The translations under genes and the position numbers were made by a program. The notes beneath the pieces were generated by a model. That model was not told the DNA's origin. It did no database searches and worked only from the letters and a program-made list of their open reading frames with translations. Of a stretch of 64,000 nt of DNA, positions 44,395 through 54,272 are shown piece by piece; within the stretch, counting starts at the first letter, position 1; each line of letters opens with the position of its first letter. The stretch comes from Dimorphilus gyrociliatus. Lineage: Eukaryota > Animalia > Annelida. The stretch is taken from contig CAJFCJ010000006.1 of assembly GCA_904063045.1 (NCBI GenBank), positions 2,842,946-2,906,945 of the forward strand, written 5' to 3'.

Positions 44395-47221
44395 ATGTCT
44401 GATCGTCTTAACAATTTGGTAAATCGTTTAGAAGGCGTTACAAAGCGTCTAGAAAATGTATCTGTAGGAAATGGAATGGGTAGTTCACCAAAAGTAAATG
44501 GTTAGTATGAAAAATACTGTAACAATTAATAGCCCTATTGGCGAAAATAAGTATGATAAAATGCTTTTAGTCACAGCCAGCACTAGGTATTGTTTGTCAT
44601 AGTTTAATTAAGTATAATTTACTCGTTCAGACAAATCTATTGTTAAACGAACTGCATTTTATCATTTCTAAAGCCCAGTTGGAAAATGTCAGGTGAATTT
44701 TATAACATTTATATGTTCGTTTAATCTGAGGTTATCTCGAAATTTCTGTATTTGTGCCTTATCAATTTACGATATTAGTTATAACATATTCGTATAAATA
44801 CGTGTATATATAAGTTAATATAAATTTTTTTCTGGTGTTTTGCATATACCATCTACTGTATAATATATAGACATATAGTATACCTTGTATATATTTTTTG
44901 ATATACAGTATACATACATATATATATATATATTTATCTCATTTTCAAATCACTGCGTTGACATTTATCAACTATGGCTGATTCGTTTCGCAGTAAATTA
45001 GCTCTTTTTGAGAATTTATCAGCAAAAAACGCTTCAAACGAAACTATTTCGAATGGTAAGTATATTTAAGATTAATTTGTTCCCAAGGAATTTAAAGTAC
45101 ACTTAAAAAATTGAAATCTTTAGTAAATTAATCAATAAAAGCCTTTTTTTTTTAAATATTCGATTCTAAAATGTAAACTATCTTAATGAAATCGTAAAAA
45201 AAAAACACATTTATTTTTGTCTCTGACAAGTATTAATCATTATATTATCTATCTTCTGTTTTTTAATGCATATGTCATATTTCAAAGTCTAGGTGTTTTC
45301 TTTAACAAAATTTATCTGATAATCATTCTATACTGTTCAATATACATTTTTAGTTTTTCATTGGTTAAAGATTAAATCTAATGTAAAGAAGTATTTCGAT
45401 ATTTTACATATGTATGTTTAATGTAGATAGGTAATGCTTGTTTTAACTGTATAGGACTTAATAAGAATAATTTTCGATTATTTTTTATGTGCGTTTGGTA
45501 TGTCTATACAACAAATTATTATATCATAAAATATATTAGTCATATATTATATATAATAAATTATGTTTTCCTAGGTGCTCCCTTAGCAGCTAATGTTCAG
45601 AATTATGACTCTGAAGTTGTTCCTGTTCTTCAAGAGTATGCTAGTTTGAGTAAAAAGATTGGTGGAGACGTTGCAACCCATTCGAATCTCGTTTTGGATG
45701 CTTTCAATGCCCAACGTCATGTGATAATACTGGCTTGTAAATGTAAGCAACCGGACGATGCTACTTTAGCTGGCTTGATTAAACCACTCTCGGAAAAAAT
45801 TCAGGCTATTACTGCATTTCGTGAAAAGAATAGAGCTTCTAAATTTTTCAACCATTTATCCGCCATTGGTGAAAGTGTTACAGCTTTGGGTTGGGTTACC
45901 GTTAAGCCAACTCCTGTTCCGTATATTAGGGAAATGTCGGATGCTGGACAGTTTTACACAAACCGAGTTCTGAAAGACTTTAAGGAAAAGTCAGTTATTA
46001 AATATATATCAATGTAAACTATAATTACTTATATTTCACAGAGATACTACTCATGTTGATTGGGTAAAAGCTTGGCTTCAAACTTTAAACAAACTGCAAG
46101 GATATGTTAAGCAAGTTTATACAACTGGCCTAACATGGACTGTTCAGGTATTTCCTAAGAGATTAAATCAAATTTCCGACAAATTTAACTCATATCATTG
46201 CAGGGAACGAATCCTAGCTCAGAGGTTGGATCTACATCTGCTCCACCACCACCTGGACCGCCTCCCCCACCTCAAGTTGATGATGTTGGCTCTGCTGGAG
46301 ACTCAGAATCGAGTAGGGCTGCTCTTTTTGCCGATCTAAATAAGGGTTTGAGTGTAACTTCTGGGCTAAAGAAAGTAACTGACGATATGAAGACGCATAA
46401 GAATCCAAATTTGAAATCTCATGGTGTGGTAACCGGAAATAAAACTTCCAATGCTACTTCTGCTGCCGGAAAATCAAAGCAGGAGGTCAAGAAACCTCCG
46501 ATGAAAGCTTTACAAAATAAGAAGGTGCAGTATTTTTCATACTCCAGACAATAATTGAAATTGTGTTATTTGCTTGATCTTTAGTGGATTGTTGAGTACT
46601 TTGACAATGATACTGTCACAATCGATAAGACTGAGCCCAAGCAGACAGTTTACATTTACAAGTGAGAGATTTTAAAATATTGAATATTTTATATATACAG
46701 TATAGAGTATATATTTCTGAAAATATTTAAATTTATAGATGTAACAATACTACTGTTCAAGTTAAGGGTAAAGTTAATTCAGTCGTTTTGGACACGTCAA
46801 AGAAAACGAATGTAGTTTTTGATGAAACTATTGCAACTTTTGATGTCATAAATTGTCAGAGTGTTAAATGCCAGGTGATAAATTTAAATTCATTATCTTC
46901 CCTTTTACGAATAAAAGTTTTTTTTAAGGTAAGCTATAAAGCTCCAACGGTTTCAATTGACAAAACTGATGGCTGCCTAGTTTATCTGAGTAAGGAATAT
47001 GCCAACACTCGGATTGTCACAGCAAAATCTAGCGAAATTAATATTTCTATCCCAGAAGGCAATGATTTTGTAAGTTTTTGAATAATTTGCAAAATCGTAT
47101 TTTGTTATATTTAATCTTTTATTGTAAATAGAAAGAAATACCGATCCCGGAACAATTTGTGACTCTTTGGGATGAGAAGAAGGGAAAGTTTGTAACTTCG
47201 ATTTCCGATATCGTTGCCTAG
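44395..47221 (+). CDS. CAP1: Adenylyl cyclase-associated protein (CAP/Srv2); multi-exon, with alternative start exons
   Basis: [20 protein letters not shown] (RLE motifs); helical domain [16 protein letters not shown]; polyproline [11 protein letters not shown]; WH2 [11 protein letters not shown]...[15 protein letters not shown]; [12 protein letters not shown] and TAKSSEIN; ends EIPIPEQF...DIVA*. Non-coding first-exon donor CAAG|GTAAGA at ~43402. Confidence 0.95.
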
Positions 47222-47314
47222 TTTTGCATACACTTTCTAGATCACAATTAATAATATTTGTGGAATATACGTAACTAGTTTCAAATATTATTGTTTTATC
47301 AATATGAAAATGTT

Positions 47315-50300
47315 TTAAGAAGCTGGTTCAAGCACTTCACAATCATTTTCGCTATCCATGTATTTAAGTTTATTAAGATAGCGTAGGAGGCCCCTTCCTT
47401 TCGATTCAGCAATAGCCCTGTCTTTCTTTTCAATTTCATCACTTTCCAAAATACTTTCAAAGGTGTCTGCTTCATTTTGAAAAGCCTGAGATAGAAAATT
47501 TGAATTCGAGTCAAGACCAATTTTAGAAAAATATCACTTATATTTCTACAGCCTGGCATTCGTAAATTAGCGAGAATAGGATCAATCTAAACTTACGTCT
47601 TCGTCAATGATTGTAAGTTTTTCTTGTTTTTCTTTCTTTGGCCCTCTTAAACTTTTCTTCTTTCTCTCTTCCAACTTTTTGTCTAAGTAACCTGAAAAGT
47701 TATATGCTAATACTTTCATTAATATGAGTGACTAAAGAATTTAATTATTATTAAATTATATACTTCTATTAGTAGTTTCCATTTTATAAATATCACTTCT
47801 ATTCTTTGTCTGAAATATCATGTGGTATATACTCTTCTCATTACAATTAAACATCCGTTTACTGATGTCAACTTTCATATCAGAGTCATTCTGGGGCTCT
47901 CTTTGAGAGTGGCATTCACTGAAGAGTTGTCTTTTTGGAACTGGTTTCTCCTGAGATTTATCCGAGCTATTACTAGATGCAGTGGCTATGTCCTCTTCTG
48001 GTGAATTTTGCGAAACAGAGGTATCTATGTTAATGTTTTTCTGAAACTTAAGATCTTCGTTAGTTGTATTTTCTTCAAGACATTTTACATCTAGGTCATC
48101 ATTGTTGAAGTGATCATCACTAGAAAATTCCTTCATGGACTCACTATTTTTGTTTGACTTGCGCTCATTAGCATCATCTTCATTGAACTTTTGTTCATTA
48201 GAATCATTTTCGTAGGGGTTCTGTTCAATACATTCACTGGAGTCTTCCTCGTTAGAATGACGTTCGCAGGAATATTGTTCATCAGAATCATATTCATCAG
48301 AGTCTTCCTCGTTAGAACCACCTTCACTGAAATTTTGCTCATCAGAGTCATTTTCGTAGGGGTTCTGTTCAATAGAAACACATTCATTGGAGTGTTCGTC
48401 TTTGGAGTCATATTCGTAGGCATTTTGCTCATTGGAATCATATTTATCAGAATCTTCCTCGTTAGAACCACCTTCACTGAAATTTTGCTCATCAGAACCA
48501 TTTTCGTAGGGGTTCTGTTCAATAGAAACACATTCATTGGAGTGTTCGTCTTTGGAGTCATATTCGTAGGCATTTTGCTCATTGGAATCATATTCATTAG
48601 AGTCTTCCTCGTCAGGATCACCTTCGCTAGTATTTTGCTCATTGCAATAATATTTGTCGGAATCTGCGTCGTAAGAAATATGTTCGTCGCTGTTTTCCTC
48701 GATGAAGTTATTTCTAACAAACTTTTCCTCATCACAATCACTTCCATCCACGTCTGTAGTAGAACAACTTGGGAGCCAGTCGTTCTCACAAAAATCGCTC
48801 CCATCCTCGTCTGTAGTGGAACAGCTTGGGAGCCAGTCATCTTTGCCATAATCGCTTCTATCCACATCTAAAGTAGAATGGCTTGAGAGCCAGTCATCAT
48901 CGCCATAATCGGTCTCATCCACGTTCAAAGTAGAATGGGTTGGGAACCAGTCATCCTCGTCATAATCGCTAGATCCATTCCCGTTGATACATTCCTTTTG
49001 ACTTCTATTTTGTCCATCAAACTCATCTTCAGTAGAATTTTCATCAGATTTACTCCTTTCACTTCCTGGGTAATTTTCAGGATAATCATTTGCATTCGAA
49101 CGTTCTCCACTAAAGTTAACCTTTCCGTCTACATCTTCCTTACTTTCAACTTTGCAGAAATCTTCGTCTTCATAGTCACATTCAGCGGGATTCATTTTAC
49201 AGGAATCATAATTGTCAAGGTGATTATCATTGACTGTACCTTCATTAAAATCTCTTTTAAAGGATTCGCCAACAATGAAATCACTTTCCTCAAAGTAATC
49301 CTTTTCAGAGGATTTTTTAACATGATCCAGGGGCTCATCAATGCTACTATCGCTATCATACGCTTTTTCAAATCTTTTATCATTAGTGAAATGATTTCTA
49401 TTTCCGGCTTTACATATTGGTTTATCGAAACTACTATCACTATCATACACTTTTTCAGACGTTTTATCATTACTGAAACGATTTCTATTTGCAGTTTTAA
49501 ATATGGGCTCATCAATACTAAAATCAGTATCATATTCTCTTTCAAATGTTTTACTATTACTGAAATGATTTCTATTTCCAGCTTTAAATATTGGCTCATC
49601 AACACTGAAATCAGTATCATATTCTGCTTCAATAGACTTGTCAATACTGAAGTTACTTTTATAACAATTATTTTTAGGTTCATTAGCAATGGAATCACTA
49701 TCTAACTCTTCATCAATTGAATTACTAACAGTGGAAGCAGTGCTAGAGTCTCTTTCAAAGGATTTTTCAAAAGTGGAGTCTATTCTATTTGATGGACACT
49801 GACTACGATTATATCCATAGTCTTCATCAGAATTGAGAGCAGGTTCCTGATTTAGTATTCTCCCAAAAGATTTTCCTCGTGATGATTCCTCTTGCTCTAG
49901 ATCTTTAGGAAATCTTATAGAATCGTCAATATCTGAAGAAGTTTTATTGTAGCCGCTGTACATTTTACTGGACCCGTCTGAAACTTTAAAATCAGCTTTT
50001 GTCTTGTTTCCCATACTTTTCGCTGATGGTCTCGAAATTGGGGTAGTTTCCCAACCTGTTTCCTCTTCGGATGATTCACTCTCAAAATAAGTATGTGCAG
50101 ACCACTTATCTAAAGTCATTTTCGTCTTGACATTCACAGCTGCAATAGATTGTCAATTATATACATACTAAATGAAACAAGGAAATCTCTAACATTTTCC
50201 ACTAGTGCAACCATCAGATATATAGCGATCTGGACACTCATGTTTAACATGTGCTTCAAACTTATCTTTACTTAAATAATGAGTAGAATTATAGGGGCAG

Positions 50301-50498
50301 ACAGATAAACCATGATTAGGATGTTTCTGAAACGTCGTGAAATTAATAGAAATTAAATTTTAATTGAGATATTACCTTGGCGCATTTACAGATGTGGTAT
50401 TGAAAATAATTTGCCCTAATCTTATGATTTTTATCAAAAGGGCATATTCTATGCGTGCTTTTCTCAATATGTGCAAATTCGTTTGCAAAACTTGTCAT
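47315..50498 (-). CDS. GTSF1/Asterix-like protein: two N-terminal CHHC zinc fingers plus a ~790-aa acidic repetitive exon; 3' exons uncertain
   Basis: Exon 50498-50376 (CPFDKNH...HICKC) and exon 50326-50194 (CPYNSTH...HVKHECPDR) splice in phase to the 2.4-kb exon starting at 50139. Tandem N-terminal CHHC fingers are the GTSF1 architecture. Last exons near 47690-47597 and 47485-47315 are only tentatively phased. Confidence 0.75.
48229..48645 (-). repeat. Coding tandem repeat, 150-bp (50-aa) unit built from 30-bp subunits, ~2.7 copies
   Basis: Near-identical blocks at 48301, 48451 and 48601; peptide unit NEQNxSEGxxxEEDSxEYDSNEQNAYEYDSKDEHSNECVSIEQNPYENxS. Confidence 0.9.
48735..48968 (-). repeat. 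Coding tandem repeat, 57-bp (19-aa) unit with an acidic-Trp core, 4 copies
   Basis: CCAGTC (DW codons on the minus strand) recurs at 48776, 48833, 48890 and 48947. Confidence 0.9.
49335..49640 (-). repeat. Coding tandem repeat, 87-bp (29-aa) unit, ~3.5 copies
   Basis: E.EYDTDFS.DEPIFK..NRN.FSN.KT units; matching GTATCATATTC at 49527 and 49614. Confidence 0.85.
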
Positions 50499-51131
50499 AG
50501 TCTCTTCTGAAATCTATACTGAAAGACATATGCTTATATGAAGGAAATATATCTATATATATCTACTGTATATATAGATATATATATAAGATAAATTTAT
50601 ACATATACTGTATATAATAAAGCACATGTGAAATTCAAGTGGTTGGAATTGATCTTATATAAAGAAAATTGACTTAATTAAGATTACGTTAAGTAGGAAA
50701 AGTCTTTATAAATAATTAAATAATCACATAGTAAGTTTTAGGCGGATAAATAGGTTTCTTTTCAGGACAATTGTGCATTAGGCAATAGTTTAAGAAGTGT
50801 TTGGAAAAGGTATTTCCAAATCAAATTGTTCTTCTTTTTAAAATTCTAATACATAAATATTATAAAACAGCGTAATGGCACAATAAAAATTAAAAGAAAT
50901 CTAAAAAAACATACTTTTCACTGAAGAACAAATTCAAATCTAACAACTTCAAACGTTCTAGAAAGTCACGTTGTGAATAGAAAGCTGTTCCAGACCTTAT
51001 CTTAATATAAGCGGTGTCCAAGATGTTCCGTCAGATAGCGCTAATTTTCGTCTGCTATTCAAAAATTGACTTCAACATATATCATTTATATACTTGGGTT
51101 TAAGAGTTTAATTGCTGACAAAGTTTCGTCA

Positions 51132-54100
51132 ATGTTTAAAATATTTTCTGTCACTCTTCTTTACATCCTTTTCTTGGATTGTCTTTTTGTATTTGCCGAA
51201 GAAAATAATATATTATTAGTTCAAAAGGAAACAGCGAAAGACAAAGGTAGTCTAGAAGACAGAAAAATAAAGTAAGAATACACGAAAACAAACTTATTTA
51301 ATGTGTAAAAGAAATAATTTTTCATTTTAGTAGTGAATGGATGGAAACAGTACATATAGCTGTCGTGGCTTGTGGAGACAGGCAACCAGAGACAACTATC
51401 ATGATTAAATCTGCATTAATCCTAACGAAAGGAAAACTTCATTTCCACATTTTTACTGAACAAGCATTGAGAGAACACTTTAAAAGTGATGTAAATGCTT
51501 TTTTCCATTCTTTAAACTTTATTATTTCAAGAAAGATTTAAAGCACATTTTTAAAGAACAGTACTTAAAACAAATATAAGAACTGAAACCAGTTAATATA
51601 TTATTATCATATTAAGTAAATTTATACAAGAATAGAACATAGGGATACTATTTTATTTGTTATTTATATGTAAAGTATATTCGTATCCTTCTCTAATCAC
51701 TGCGAAATACTGTTGTTCTTGCCGACACAGTCTTTTCAACATATGTTAAAATGTGATTTCTTTTTTTGATAGTTTTTAAAGCTTAATTTTTTATGTGCAT
51801 TTTTATTCTAGTTCGATTCTTTCCCTGCAAGTACTCAAGAGAACTTTCGATATGATTTCTACGATATTCAATACCCAAATGACATTGATATGACCGAATG
51901 GAAGAAAATTTTTAAATTATGCGCCACCCAAAGACTATTTATACCGGTAAATAGGGGTTCTATTTACATTGACTTGTGTAATATTTTATTACATATTTTT
52001 TCTGCTAATTCCTTTTCAGGACCTTATACCTGAATCTGTGACTAATAAACTCTTGTATGTTGATACGGATGTTTTATTCGTTTCGCCTCCTCAGGAAATA
52101 TGGACAATTTTTCATATAATGAACGAGAATCAGGTATAAAAACATTAATACTGTTAATGATGAATTATTAAAAAATATCTTATTAGATATCAGCACTGGC
52201 ACCAGAACACGAAGATCCATCTACAGGATGGTACAATCGATTCGCTCAACATCCTTACTATAAACCTTTAGGTAAATTTTTATTCATTCGATTATTATAA
52301 TTACATAAACAATATAAACGAATAGGTGTAAATTCTGGAGTAATGCTTATGCATTTGGAAAGAATAAGAAATTCAAGTTGGAAGAAGGATATGATTAAAC
52401 ATTATCAGCAGTATAAATATAAAATTACTTGGGGAGATCAGGATTTAATTAATATATACTTTAGTGAGCATCCAGGTAAGATTAATAGCAATAATTTATT
52501 ATTTCCTGTACTATATTGTACTAAAGATAGTTGTAATTTTAGAACAACTTTATATATATACTTGTGAATGGAATTATCGTACGGACCATTGTATGTACAT
52601 GAGTATCTGTAAGGAAGCTGAAAGGTATGGTATTAAGATGCTGCATGGTTGTAGAAAAGCATTTACATCTGATAGTCAACCAGAATTTAGGGTTATATAC
52701 GAAGAATATAAAAAGGTACCTATTAGGTCATAGCTTATTCTAGCTGTTAAATTCTATAATGTTTTATTTGATATGACAGTTCGATATGGATAATGATAAT
52801 GTCCTATCTATACTACCAAATGTTCGAGAAGGTATTGAAAAAGTGCATGATAAAGGAAAATGTAACGTTATAAGTGATCTTATTGAAATTACACTTAAAA
52901 AGGCTTTTGCGGATGAAAAAAGGTACTAGTCGAAAATACTCTCAAGGATAAATGAATTATTAAAAAAAACTTAATTATCCAGACAAATTAGTGATAAATT
53001 AAATGAACATGAAAAAATAAAATATACAAAGGAATCGAACATTGATATTGATTGGGTTTTTAAACATAACACTACAATACACATCGCCGTTGTTGCATGC
53101 GGAGACAGACAAAAAGAAACAGTAGTGATGATGAAATCGGCTGTAATTTTTACAAAAGAGCCGATAGTCTTTCATATATTTGCTGAAAAAGAGCTACACG
53201 AACAATTTATTAACGATGTTCGTAAATTCGTCTATTTTATAAGCTTACTATTAAAAATTTATATTTTTATAGTTTGCTAATTGGCCAAAGAAGACAAAAA
53301 ATCGGATCCGAATGACTCTTTACGATATAGATTACCCTGAAAGTGTCAATGAAAGACAATGGAAAAGTCTGTTTAAGTTGTGTGCGACACAAAGAATATT
53401 TATACCTGTAAAATATCATCACTACTTTACATGCATTTAATAACATTAACATTATTTTTGAATAGTATATCATTTCTCCCGGAGTTACTAATCGAGTACT
53501 GTACGTTGATACCGACGTTCTCTTCTTACGTTCTGTTAAGGATTTATGGGGATTTTTTGATCATTTTAATTCTAGTCAATTATCAGCTTTAGCGCCGGAA
53601 CACGAGGATCGGGCTATGAGCTGGTATAAGAGATTTGCAAGGCATCCGTACTACGGAGAGTTAGGCGTTAATTCTGGTGTAATGTTAATGGATCTAGAGA
53701 GGATGAGAGCCCAAAAATGGAAAGAGAAGATGATTGAGTACTTTAACACATATGAAAAGAACACAACTTGGGGAGATCAGGATTTAATAAATATATATTT
53801 CTCTTTTAGTCCAGGTTTTATTTTTATATGAAATGATTCGTTTTTTCTAAACCGTACTATTCACCATTAGATCAATTGTTTATTTATGACTGCCAATGGA
53901 ATTACAGACCAGATCATTGCATGTATTGGAGCAATTGTAAGGCGGGAGAGGAATATGGAGTTTCTGTTCTTCATGGTAGTCGTAGATTCTTTCATCTGAG
54001 AGAAAAAGAGCCAGCTTTCTGCGAAGTTTATGATGCCATTAATAATGTAACATTTAACTTTAGTCTTGAATTTAATTAATCTATTATTATTCATTTTAAA

Positions 54101-54272
54101 ATTTCAGTATCAGCTGGAAACAGAGTTTAGGACAAATTTATTTGAACCCCTTATTACAAAGTTAAATGCACCTGATATAAAGAATTCAAATTGTGGAAAA
54201 GTTTCGCATTTCTTTTACTACCATTTGGAATATCATTTGATAGCTTTGGAAAAGGAGAATGTAGATTATTAG
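51132..54272 (+). CDS. GXYLT1: Glucoside xylosyltransferase (GT8, GXYLT/Shams-like) with two tandem catalytic domains, most likely one gene
   Basis: Domain 1 (51331-52922) and domain 2 (52983-54272) each contain HIAVVACGDR, FKLCATQR, LYVDTDVLF (DxD), APEHED, GVNSGVMLM, WGDQDLIN, WNYR.DHC and LHG. Only domain 1 has a start Met and signal/anchor. Joined by the 60-nt intron 52923-52982. Confidence 0.88.

Noticed and set aside
48133-49705. Long ORFs of 244, 226, 256 and 168 aa over the GTSF1-like exon
   Set aside because: By-products of stop-free tandem repeats in other frames and strands; low-complexity peptides.
52929-53130. Alternative reading: second GXYLT domain as a separate downstream (operon) gene
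   Set aside because: After the 52982 acceptor the first ATGs open only a tiny out-of-frame ORF; the first in-frame Met lies inside the catalytic domain, with no signal peptide.
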